Counted from the stretch's first letter, positions 21,458-32,748 are shown. The stretch is 39,530 bases of DNA from Macrostomum lignano (GCA_002269645.1 NIVC01003301.1:1-39530), one strand, 5' to 3'. Notes: a model not told the origin generated them from the letters alone. Program-made: numbers and translations.

Positions 21458-24252
21458 AACGTTTAGTCAAATTTATTATATAAGGGGCATGTATTGCTAA
21501 TCTGAAAATCATAAATAAGCTAAGAAATAAACCACATATGCCATAGATTGCTACTTAATCTAGCCAATCAAGTTTTTTGAAGGAATGAAATCAGCTTTGA
21601 AAAGGGATCACTTCTACGTAATAAAATCTATGCAAGCTAGTTATAGTAGTTTATGTGTAATATAAGAAACATTTTATTAGATGTTATTTAGAAAAAATTA
21701 AAGCATGCGAAATACAGTAGTTACATGTACGCTCGTATCAAATAAACATTAAAATAAATCTTTGGAAAGTACTCGAACACGGAATCTATTGGAAAATATT
21801 ATATTATTTCGTCAAAAATTGGAACTGAAGTAAATAGCGTAAGAGCCCGGTTATGGCTGCAGACGCGATCTTAACTTTACCAATAAAATGAATTCTTCGA
21901 AAGTCATTGTTTAGGTGGTTGAGGATTAGCAACTTTCTTAAGACCAGTTAATAATAAGTAATTACAATTGAGTCTTATCAATATTCAAATTAATAAAATG
22001 TCATCAACAGCGGCAGCATTTACATGTACCTTAGGTACCAAGGTAATTACGTTGGATCCATATTAGCTATAGGACCAAATCAATAGAATCCATCTAGTAA
22101 AAGTATTGTGCAAAAGTGTATAGATCGTATTTAATCGTTAATTGATTTTAATTGTTATTATACTTTTTCATCACAACTTCTTTATGAAAAAAGCCTTGCA
22201 AAGTGCAGTAAGCGACCTAATGTCTAACTTGAACAATTTGTTTTACCGTTTTGAATCTGTTTTATTTTTCGCTCTTTATCATTTGTACACAGAAAATCAT
22301 CGGTGAGTCAAATGCTAATAGAGCCACCTTATAACTTTGTCTTCCTACAAATTTACTTGCCCGTTTGATTTGAACTCTGTAAAACACGATTAATTTTGCT
22401 GGCTCTTGATAACGCGGGGTGGTTCTACGCTAAATAAATTTTTTACAGCTAATTGGCTCGTATATTCAACGGATTGGATATTCAAAACCTCCATAATTAG
22501 TTAGTGATAACTAATGTTTAATTCCCGTTCCATTTAAATCAAATTGTTTAATCGGTTCAAACCAAAATTCGCTGAAATTTTACTAAGACTTGGCTCTGCA
22601 TGCACGCCATTTCTGCCGGACTTTAATAAATTAACGTGATCGATTGTAATGATATTTTTATTTTGATTTAATATGGCCTTTAAGATTCGTTAAATTCTTA
22701 AAATTTTGCTGCACTTACTGCACTCATTATTTTGTTAAAATATCACCGTAAATTAAAAATGATATCGTTAACGTTCCTGGCATTCTTTGATGTTTCAGTA
22801 TTTTTTCTTGAAAAGTCTGGCCGTAGGACACAAATGTGAGGGAAAGATAACATTCGAGTCGCAGAGTCGAAGAAAGAAATCTTCTGTGCTCCCGGCCCTC
22901 TGTATTCAGACAGAATCAAACTCGAGAATTTTCAGACAGCTTCGTGAGTAATCCGTTGGAAAAAGAAACACAAAACACAATGCTGCGTTTAGTTGATAGA
23001 TTCCAAGACACATCCCAAAACTTTGCAATACATTTTCTTAGAGTTTATTTATTCTATTATTAAGTCCAAATGAGAAAATAAAAAACACAATTGATAAATT
23101 ACAACAATTAACAACAGTTTTTCAATGGAAGCCACAACGTGAAACAGTCTTGACCAATAAAAGCAATATTAATCGCAAAAGTAAACACATGAAATCAGAA
23201 ACGAAAAATATTTAAAATTAAGATATTCAACAAACAATTCTCAGCATTGATTTTACGCTCATCTGAATACTTGAATAAAAAAGACAGATTGCAATTTCAA
23301 TTAACAAAGAACAAACACAATAAAATAAAAATATATATTATATATACCAGTTATTGCGGTTAAATAGCAGATTAGTATGGCTAGAAAACTGATAGCGATA
23401 TTGGTGCTCTCGGGATTAATCCAGAAAGTTGAATAAAACATTAAAGATCTGTACAGAGAAGCAATTCAAGACTGACAGAATCCGCCCCACTGTGCGGACA
23501 GACTTATCAGACCGTATTGTTCTGCAATCAAGCAATGCCAGAGTAATGCAGCCCAGTCAGAGTCCAGGCTATTGTGGGAATAGTGAAACAAATCATTCAA
23601 GTCCTAAAGTTATGAGTAAGCAAATGATTAATTAAGTATTGACCTGTCAGACACTTATATATTCTGCTAATATATAAATATAAATTAAATCGAAACAATG
23701 CACAAATGGGGAATTTCGCACTTGAATATAAACTTTATACCAAATCTACAACAAACGGAATGCATATTACTATAAGTAGATTGGTAAGGCGTACAGGACA
23801 AATATAATGCTCATTGAAGTGCAGACGACATGAATATTATAGCGTAGTCAGATTAAACCACTCATTAATTAACAGTTTAAGTTAACTGCAACATCTCATA
23901 AAAATCTGGCAAACATCGTATTATCTACTAGAAAATGAGTAGTTTATATTGTCAAAATATTGAATCTGTTTTACTATTTTACTATTATGCAACTCACGTG
24001 ACGCGCTCGTGAATCAACAGTCGCTAGAGTCACTTGTGAGCTGTTTACAATCACTCTAGCGATTGTTGTCACTAAATGATTATAGACGGGAAAAAATCTT
24101 GCAAAACGCGTATTGCCTACTACGTAGATAATGAGTAGTTTAAATTGTCAAAATAATATAATATTTAGAACAGGCTTGGTTTAGCACTACAAGAAGCAGA
24201 AATCGACGCCAATTAATAAATATTACACTTTTCAGCAGTAATAGTTAGAGTT

Positions 24253-24825
24253 CTACTGGTAAAGCGACGAGAAGTGCGGCATATCAGGCATCTTCATATC
24301 CTTGATCTTCTGCGGCAAATTCATGTCCTTGACGGCAGACACGGCTCTGGCGGGTGCGGTGCTGAAGCCGGCCTCAGATTTCTCCAGCTTCTGCTGCTCT
24401 TCAAACCGGCTAAGAATCTCCGACATGTTGGTCTCCAGCACCATGCCGCCCATGACCAGCTCGTTAAGAATGCTGTGCACCTTGTCCACGTGGAATATCA
24501 AATCCAGTTCGCACACGTTCTCAAACGATTTGTCCAGAGTTTCCACAAACACCTGGATGAGATCCAGGATGCCCAGCTCCGACTCGGAGGAGTCGACGCA
24601 GAAGACAAAGTACAGAGTGGCGTAGTGGCGGTAGATCAGCCGGTAGTCCTGGCCTCCGATCAGGGTGCCACCCTCCAGAAAGTTGCACACGTTGTCGTCA
24701 CGCTTGGAGACGAGCTGGAATGTCTCGCGAATGATCTGCTGCTGAAGGTCCTCGGCATAGTGGACATAGAATTTAGTCAGACGAGGCTTGCCATGGTTGT
24801 TGAATATCAGGATGGCTTTGATCAT
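24253..24825 (-). CDS. AP3S: AP-3 adaptor complex sigma subunit (AP3S1/AP3S2 family), intronless CDS, 190 aa
   Basis: MIKAILIFNNHGKPRLTKFY...FLEGGTLIGGQDYRLIYRHYATLYFVFCVDSSESELGILDLIQVFVETLDKSFENVCELDLIFHVDKVHSILNELVMGGMVLETNM, a full-length match to sigma-3 adaptin as I recall it, including the APARAVSAVK tail. Confidence 0.97.
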   Translation of the reverse strand: MIKAILIFNNHGKPRLTKFYVHYAEDLQQQIIRETFQLVSKRDDNVCNFLEGGTLIGGQDYRLIYRHYATLYFVFCVDSSESELGILDLIQVFVETLDKSFENVCELDLIFHVDKVHSILNELVMGGMVLETNMSEILSRFEEQQKLEKSEAGFSTAPARAVSAVKDMNLPQKIKDMKMPDMPHFSSLYQ

Positions 24826-25270
24826 GGCTCTGCTGTGGTAAAAATTGAGTTGACTGAGAATCTGAGATGCACTGGGACTTTATTTTTATAGTAATTAAAG
24901 AAACACATTTGAGCTAAGGTCTACATAACTGTTGGCTATAATAGATTGTTTAAATATTTGTTTCCTTATTTATCCAGGTTTGTAACAGTTTTATGTCACC
25001 ATTAGTGATTATGAGAATCTTAAATTCCATCAATCACAAAAACATTAGCATAACTTTGTTTAATACAGACAATATAGAAGTTTTTCACTTTTTTCAAAAC
25101 AGACTTTATAAATAATACATTGTCTGGTTTTTAATCTGTTTAGCTAACACAGAAGTCTTCTAAGCAATTTATTAGCTAAAAAAGTAACAAATAATATATA
25201 AAAACTTCTATGTAAAATAGACAGCTTTAGCTGCTTTTAATCTATTTTTACTTAAAACAATGAAAGTTTT

Positions 25271-25274
<4 letters not shown>

Positions 25275-25310
<36 letters not shown>

Positions 25311-25382
25311 TTATCATATACATAGTTTTATACATAGTTTTAGTATGTATATAGTTTTATCATATACATATATATATAAATA

Positions 25383-25416
<34 letters not shown>
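25275..25416. repeat. Two (TA)n tracts
   Basis: Visible at ~25275-25306 and ~25385-25416. Confidence 0.9.
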
Positions 25417-25419
<3 letters not shown>

Positions 25420-25648
25420 AGTATTACATTCTATTATATAACTTGCATATTTAATATTTAAGATTATCTTTGTTCTATCCTATAGTTGCATCCAGATTAT
25501 TTGGATTCAACCATTTTTGTGTATTATTTTATTATATTGTTTATCTAATTTAATGTATAGGTTATATTGTGCAATGACCAATTAAATAATTCCTTTAGAT
25601 AAGAACAAATCAGTTTATTTAAATAACTTTCAGCTAAGACTCAAAAAG

Positions 25649-26171
25649 TAGTGTTCCGCCATAGCCGTAGCTATGGCTATGGGATCCTACGGCAAATATG
25701 GTAAAATAGGTGCCTATGGCAGCTCCGGATATGCCTACGGTAGCTAGCTGCTCTTACAGCTACGACTATGGAAATATGGTAGTTGCTGTCACATTCCGTC
25801 AATTCCCATAGCCGTAGTTATTAATGTTAAAAAAATTGAAAAAATATTAGAAATAGGTAGAGTAAACAAAGATACTTTTAGTAAACTATATTATCAATAT
25901 AGAAACTTATAAAATATGAGTATACCTAAAAAGTACAATAAAACACTAGCAAACTTAATTTGCAGTTGTTTAAACACTAGATTATCTTCTTGATTCAAAA
26001 TATTTTGTTTTTTAGACTTTTTGTTAAAACTACGGCTACAGCTATGGGAACTACGGGAATATGGTAATTTTGGGGTCCCTATGGCTACGGAATATGGAGA
26101 ATTGGAGTAAGCCATAGTTTTGCTTTTGGCTATGGCTATGGTACATGGACCCTCCTTACGGCGGAACACTA
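25649..26171. mobile_element. hAT-family MITE, ~520 bp
   Basis: TIR TAGTGTTCCGCC / GGCGGAACACTA. Flanks CTCAAAAAG and CTCAAAAG approximate an 8-bp target-site duplication. Many subterminal GCTA(T/C)GG / CCATAG motifs. Confidence 0.85.
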
Positions 26172-26789
26172 CTCAAAAGGGAAAAACATATAGATAAGAC
26201 ACTTGAGCTAAAAGGAAGTCAGAGTGGAATTCAGAGCTAGAAACCAAATCAGAAAAAAATTACAATTAGCTAGAGCCATTATAGACAAAATATATATTTT
26301 TGCAGATTTTGACAATTTAGAACAATTTAGTTTATCAACTAGTATACTAGAGATGGAATATGCCTAAGGTCTAGCAAAGGCAATGGTAACCTACAATAAG
26401 TTTAAGGCTAAAATCAGTGATTATCAAGCCAATGCCAGTGCCCCATAATCTAGGTACCTAGGCAGCTTTACTATACAGATAGGCTAAGAAGTCTATAGTA
26501 GTCAGAGGGAGAACAGGCCAAGCTAGGGGTCCGGTATCTTATTTGGCAACTGCCCATGGCTGACAACCTGATCAGCTTAGGCACAGCTATGGATCAGGCT
26601 GTGAGTTAGATTTGATGGCAGATTGAAATGAGAAAACTGGGAGGCTAAGCCTTCCATGCAGGCACCAGCACTACCAACGTTGCTATGAGCTGTGGACTAT
26701 CCAAGCCAAAAGTTAGGTGGCCTAGTAGCCATTGGGGACCTAATCTTTTATCTTCTAACTAATCTTATAATATTTTATAACTATTTGCA

Positions 26790-27817
26790 GCATTCTATCA
26801 TTTTATGACCCCTTTGCATTTGTCCTATAGAACATGGCACTTTTGTTATATGATCCCCTATGTAAAGGATAGGAATCTTGCTTATATATCAGTGGAATAT
26901 ATTCCAGTTAGTTTTGCAATATGTTTCTCAAGTTTGAATTGGTGCTGCAACAATTACCCTAATTAATTGTAAGCCATGACTTTTCTTGGCAATAGTAGGA
27001 ACATCCCTATATTCACTTTTGTTATACGATCATTTAAATGGAAGAAATGTATAGAAAGGGATTGGATAACGAAACTTGGGCTTTTTGTCAATTTTGTAAT
27101 ACAATCCCTCAAGGCAAAAATTTGTTTGGAGGGGATTATGTACCTAAAATACAAAAAAACACCTTGTAAAAATTTCAGCAATGGCTGATAAAAAGAAGTC
27201 TCCTGGGTCATTCTATAGGATTTACATATCATATGATATGATATGACATACATCTATTTTTTACCCCCCACTCTCACTTTCGTTATACGATCCCTGGTAG
27301 CATGAAACAATGCTCTCCATATTGTAAGGGGATCATAAAACGAAAGTGAAGGGGGTGTCAGGCGGGCATTGAACAAGTTGTATGAACTATCTTTACTTCA
27401 TATACAATTAGTAGCCTACGATACATAAATTTCACTTTTGATAGGGCCTATACAATCACCTTCCCCTGCAAACAAATTTCTAACTTGTAGTTGAGGGATC
27501 ATATTATGAAATTGATGAAAAGCCTAAGTTTCATTATCCGATCTCTTTCCATACACTTCCTCTATTTAAGTGATCATATAACAAAAGTGATTATAGGGGA
27601 GCTCTTATACTACTCTTGCGAAGACTCTTGTCTAGGCTTTGTTTGATTGCCTTCAAAGTAGACAGCTTTTGAAACTGCCTTAGTTAGTGCAGTGACTTTG
27701 ACTCTTTGATGGATACGTTTCCAGTCTTTTGGTGTCTATATTCTTTCACCAAAAATATAAAATGTGGATTGTATAACGAAAGTGCCTAGGAATGGGGATT
27801 GTAAAATGAAAGAATGC
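26790..27817. mobile_element. Degenerate foldback-like non-autonomous DNA element
   Basis: Imperfect termini GCATTCTATCATTTTATGACCCC / GGGGATTGTAAAATGAAAGAATGC. A ~70-bp internal inverted pair (27013-27080 vs ~27518-27590). Motif CACTTT(T/C)GTTATA(C/T)GATC recurs on both strands. Confidence 0.7.
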
Positions 27818-28737
27818 CCTATCTGCTAGGGGGCCAAGTTCTAGGCTACTAGGTCTAGGCCTACTACTAGGCCTAGGCCTAGTGCTACTGAAACTTTTCT
27901 ATTTGCATTTTATTAGTAGTAGTAGCTAATTAGCTTTAAGTTTCAAATAAATAAGTTAGGTCCCTACTTATTTTACTTTTACATAACAATGGCATCTGCC
28001 AGACTGCCATCTTAATCTATTTTCCTTTTTGTCTACTTAATAAAATAGTAGACTTAGACAAAGACAGACTAATAGGCCTAGCAGATCAATTGGGACTAGA
28101 AGACTAGGCCCTAGGTTATTAGATGATTCTGGCTTGCTTTGCCATCAAAGAAATATCGAAAAAATTAGACATGGAAGTTGGTTAAGAATATAAAATATAA
28201 AAGTAGGCCTAAAGTGACAGTAAACTGCATTAGCTACTAAATTTAATTTTACCTCAAAACTTATTACATAAACTAGGCCCCTACATAGTACAGTATGCAT
28301 ATTTACAGTATATAGCCTACGGGGGTGCAGCTGCTAGTCTACCTGCGTTGTCGTCAAAATTTTTTACAAGTTCGCAGGTTTCTTGTAAAAACATCAACAC
28401 AAATTCACAACAAAGTTATAACAAGTCCTTTGACAAATTTTCTCGTACAACGTCAAAACTGCATAATTTTTTTTCTACAGTTGAGTTACATAAACACAAA
28501 TTGAAATATCTACGCTATCAGTAAAATATCTTAAACAGTTAAAGTAGTAGTAGCTAGTGTAAATTTTTTTTCGATACGCACATGTTTGCTCAATTTTCCA
28601 GCTGATTTTTACCAGACTTCTTCCCAATTATTTTACTCATTTGAATGCTATGTGGAGTTCCGAAAACACCAGTAATGCTGATAAGGCATAGAGAAAATAA
28701 TACCTATTTGCTTTCATCAGTAACTAGATACGAACTG

Positions 28738-28944
28738 ATGCAAGTACTGTTTTTGACCCTTATATTAACGCAAACTTTATCAAATGCTGAGCCTCCAACT
28801 TATTCAGTTGAGTTTTCTGACACTTCGCTAGAGTTTGAGTACCCCAAAAAGCAGTGCTATGAAACAAACATTCACAATTTAACATATCCAAGGGTTTATT
28901 TTCCTAATGAACTCCGAAAGGTTAAAATTATCCTGATTGGAAAA
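28738..28944 (+). CDS. Unrecognised type I membrane protein, exon 1 (signal peptide)
   Basis: MQVLFLTLILTQTLSNA|EPPTYSVEF... Donor AAA|GTAAGA at 28945, phase 0. Confidence 0.68.
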
Positions 28945-29285
28945 GTAAGAAGTTGATTCGTTGTTTCTGTTAATTTTAGAATGTAATTCCAAATGGCTAA
29001 CACATCAGACTCAGATTTATAAGGCGAAATTTCAAATTTCACTCAGTGTTAGCAGTTCTAGAACTTCTTAATCATCTGATCTTTGCTTTCTGGTACATCT
29101 TTGAAACATTATATATAGTTTTATTGTCTTTATTAAAATTTAATAAATTTCATGAATACCTTTTCATTAAAAAATGGTAAAATGAAAAATAAAACTTTCC
29201 TCCATTCCATTATGCAATTTAGTGAAAACATTCTGAAAATAAACTAAAATAAAACAAACCAAGCTATGCTTTTCCTATTTTACAG

Positions 29286-29429
29286 CAACATCTCAGCATT
29301 GTGAGGTCCAGAAACATCTCCCAAAAATTTGCTGAGCTTCTTACATCGCCCACTGGCCAAAGAACTCAGCAGGCAATAGATGATACTGTTCAGTACAGAG
29401 AGTCTGCTGGAATATTGACTATATTTGTT
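29286..29429 (+). CDS. Type I membrane protein, exon 2
   Basis: TTTTACAG| acceptor and GTT|GTAAGT donor; 144 nt, phase 0-0, open. Confidence 0.72.
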
Positions 29430-29737
29430 GTAAGTCGCAAAAATTGTGTTAATTTTATAAAACCATATTTGAATAGTAACTAAAACAAGTATGTAAATAT
29501 TTCCAATCTAAAAGCAGCTCATATTATATCGTTTCTAATATATTAAACTTTGAGTTAACCATTATCATTAATCATTAACTGTGACTGTCAGTTAATCACA
29601 GTGGCAATGGACAAAAAAACGACAAATGAAAGTAAACTCGCATGGAATCAAGCCCGGGACTTTGGCGAGAGGGTCGCATAAGTTTCTAACTTTTCAACCA
29701 TTCAAAGCTGATCCTATCAAAACATTACTTGTTGCAG

Positions 29738-29858
29738 AGAGGCTGGCAGGAGAAGTCGGTGACTCACGCCGCCGTTTTCCCATTGGTCGCCGTCCTGATT
29801 GCGGCGGCCGTGGCTGCCGCCATTCTCATCGTGATCTTCGTGGCCAGCTGCTATCACA
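29738..29858 (+). CDS. Type I membrane protein, exon 3 (transmembrane helix)
   Basis: TTGCAG| acceptor. RGWQEKSVTHAAVFPLVAVLIAAAVAAAILIVIFVASCYH. Donor A|GTGCGT, phase 1. Confidence 0.78.
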
Positions 29859-29934
29859 GTGCGTATTGAGATCATTTAATACTGTCAAGCATTTGGAATT
29901 TCAACTGTACAGATTTTGAAAATACGATTTTTAG

Positions 29935-29981
29935 CACAGTCACAATGCGGCCATTACATTCTGCCTCCGGTGGAATTGCCT
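29935..29981 (+). CDS. Type I membrane protein, exon 4
   Basis: TTTTTAG| acceptor, (T)QSQCGHYILPPVELP, donor CCT|GTGAGT. Converts phase 1 to phase 0 as the next exon requires. Confidence 0.62.
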
Positions 29982-30099
29982 GTGAGTCTGTCCATAATTA
30001 TGTTTTTTATTCGCTCTTTGACAACCCCGCCCTATCCGCTTCAATGCTTTCCCCAGACACCATGCTGTCCCTTTTAAAGAGCTCTAAAGTCCCTTAAGG

Positions 30100-30960
30100 G
30101 CCCGCAGTCCCCCACAGACACATAGAGCCTCTCATAGACACCCACAGTCCCCGACAGACACCTCATAGACACCTACAGTCCCCCAGACACCAACAGTTCC
30201 TACAGACACCTATATACAGTCTTCAACAGACACCTACAGTCTCTCATAGACACCCACAGCCCCCCCCCACAGACACCTACAGTTTCTAATAGACACCTAC
30301 AGTCTCTCATAGACACCAGCATTCCCCCACAGACACCTACAGTCTCTCATAGACACCAAGCATTCCCCCACAGACACCTACAGTCTCTCATAGACACCCA
30401 CAGTCCCCCCACAGACACCTACAGTCTCTCATAGACACCCACAGTCCCCCCACAGACACCTACAGTCTCTCATAGACACCAGCATTCCCCCACAGACACC
30501 TACAGTCTCTCATAGACACCAGCATTCCCCCACAGACACCTACAGTCTCTCATAGACACCAGCATTCCCCCACAGACACCTACAGTCTCTCATAGACACC
30601 AGCATTCCCCCACAGACACCTACAGTCTCTCATAGACACCCACAGTCCCACCACAGACACCTACAGTTTCTAATAGACACCTACAGTCTCTCATAGACAC
30701 CCACAGTCCCCCCACAGACACCTACAGTTTCTAATAGACACCTACAGTCTCTTATAGACACCTACAGTCTCTCATAGACACCCACAGTCCCCCCACAGAC
30801 ACCTACAGTCTCTCATAGACACCAGCATTCCCCCACAGACACCTACAGTCTCTCATAGACACCAGCATTCCCCCACAGACACCTACAGTCTCTCATAGAC
30901 ACCCACAGTTCCGACAGACACATACAGTCTCCCTTAGACACCCGCAGTCTCCCACACCCA
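30100..30960. repeat. 40-bp minisatellite (cacagacacctacagtctctcatagacaccagcattcccc)n built from two ~20-bp subunits
   Basis: Directly visible; ~20 copies. Confidence 0.95.
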
Positions 30961-31061
30961 CAAAACATGGCACTTGTCGCAGAAGTCAATGATTACATTC
31001 AGTGAAGTCTCACATACAATGTACCCACAACCTCTCAACTCGTTAACAATCCAAAAAACAG

Positions 31062-31172
31062 CCCGAAATGACCGAGCTGAACGAACTGACTCTGTCAGCC
31101 TTCATGGCGCCTGACTCATCATTAAGCAATACATCTTACGAAGAGACAATGGAATATCCGTCTCCTATTGAG
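31062..31172 (+). CDS. Type I membrane protein, exon 5 (cytoplasmic)
   Basis: AACAG| acceptor. PEMTELNELTLSAFMAPDSSLSNTSYEETMEYPSPIE. Donor GAG|GTCTGG; phase 0-0. Confidence 0.62.
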
Positions 31173-31400
31173 GTCTGGAGTTCGAACACTGTTTTGCACT
31201 TAGATCTGCTTTTGTTGTGTTTGCGGCGCGAAAATTGGCGCCATTTTTAAAATATAATAACTTAGTTTAGATTAAAGTGTGATTAATATTATTCGACAAC
31301 CAAGATTAACGTACAATAACAAATCCTTTCTGGTCAGTGACCATGCAGCAGATAGCCCGATTGTTTAACACCTGGTAACTCGTTTGTTGATTTATTGCAG

Positions 31401-31469
31401 GCCAACTCAGAGAGGATTGACAGCAAATCGAGAGAACTCAAAAGCGGAACTAAGGAAGACATCGCTTAA
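31401..31469 (+). CDS. Type I membrane protein, terminal exon
   Basis: TTTATTGCAG| acceptor, ANSERIDSKSRELKSGTKEDIA*. The six exons total 699 nt = 232 aa plus stop. Confidence 0.62.
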   Translation, partial: ANSERIDSKSRELKSGTKEDIA

Positions 31470-31691
31470 CGCGCTGGTCGCACTAACTTGAAAGTAAATC
31501 AATCAAGCAGCCACTGTAACGGATTTCTTAACTATGTTTTTAGGTATATCTACGAGCTTTTGTGCGTCTGGTTTTTGCCACCTTGACTTGTTTTTACCTG
31601 TTTTATTTTACACACTAAAGTTGCACTGTAACTGATAGAAGATTACTGCACGTAAATAAGCATTTGGGCTGATACTTCCGTGTTACTTTAC

Positions 31692-32200
31692 CGGCTAGTT
31701 GAGAGCGCGTATTTATTGTCTGAGAGTGTGTACTTTCTCTCGGGCTAGTTGAGAGCGCGTGTTTATTGTCTGAGAGTGTGTACTTTCTCTCGGGCTAGTT
31801 GAGAGCGCGTGTTTATTGTCTGAGAGTGTGTACTTTCTCTCGGGCTAGTTGAGAGCGCGTGTTTATTGTCTGAGAGTGTGTACTTTCTCTCGGGCTAGTT
31901 GAGAGCGCGTGTTTATTGTCTGAGAGTGTGTACTTTCTCTCGGGCTAGTTGAGAGCGCGTGTTTATTGTCTGAGAGTGTGTAATTTCTCTCGGGCTAGTT
32001 GAGAGCGCGTGTTTATTGTCTGAGAGTGTGTACTTTCTCTCGGGCTAGTTGACTGCTCGTGTTTATTGTCTGAGAGTGTGTACTTTCTCTCGGGATAGTT
32101 GACTGCTCGTGTTTATTGTCTGAGAGTGTGTACTTTCTCTCGGGCTAGTTGAGAGCGCGTGTTTATTGTCTGAGAGTGTGTACTTTCTCTCGGGCTAGTT
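31692..32200. repeat. 50-bp tandem repeat, ~10 copies
   Basis: cgggctagttgagagcgcgtgtttattgtctgagagtgtgtactttctct recurs at exact 50-nt spacing without spacers. Confidence 0.97.
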
Positions 32201-32346
32201 AAGAGGTACGGGGCGTCTTTTCACGTCACTAATTTTCTCTCCGATTAGTTGAAAAAGTGTTTACTGAAATAACTTCAACTGATCGTTCTGTAAATTATGG
32301 TTTTACCAATATTTAACCTTGAGAATTTAATATCCAAATATTTTAG

Positions 32347-32650
32347 GTCACATCGGCGCAAAACGATGATTATGACTCCGGCGGAGCAGTTAGCGGCAGA
32401 GGCGGCGGTGGTGGTGGCGGTGGAATCGGGTCTCCGTCGATTCCACTGTCCCTGACCATCGCAATCGTCTGCTGCTGCTGTTGTTGCTTCGGCGGAGTGG
32501 CCGTGGCAGCGGCAGGTGGAGGCGGGGGCGCCAGCAGCGGTCTCGGAGTATCGAGCAGCTTTCTAGACTGCTACAGACAAACTGCCAGCAGCATGTCGCT
32601 GGCCAAGGCTGCCGCCGTTTTGATCAAACTTCCTACAAGTTTGAAACTCG
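32347..32650 (+). CDS. EGF/TNFR-domain protein: 5'-most recognisable exon (Gly run and a hydrophobic, Cys6 signal- or anchor-like segment)
   Basis: TTTTTAG| acceptor. Open frame VTSAQNDDYDSGG...IPLSLTIAIVCCCCCCFGGVAVAAA...LIKLPTSLKL. Donor G|GTCAGA, phase 1. No in-frame ATG before the hydrophobic segment. Confidence 0.55.
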
Positions 32651-32748
32651 GTCAGAGTTCATTTTACTTTTACCGTTTGACAAACTATTTGAGAATTTAC
32701 GCAAAACATTAACAGTTGAAAAACTTCTCCATCAACAATTGTTCCCAG

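Noticed and set aside
22816-22943. Exon-like segment (AAAG| ... C|GTGAGT), open in phase 2
   Set aside because: Phase fits no neighbouring exon, it lies beyond the predicted Kv polyA signal, and the peptide is unrecognisable.
24274-24891. 205-aa + strand ORF and the second minus-frame ORF over AP3S
   Set aside because: Antisense or off-frame shadows of a GC3-rich conserved CDS.
31692-32200. Regularly spaced 50-, 60- and 87-bp repeats as possible CRISPR arrays
   Set aside because: Units are head-to-tail with no unique spacers, there are no cas genes, and the context is eukaryotic.
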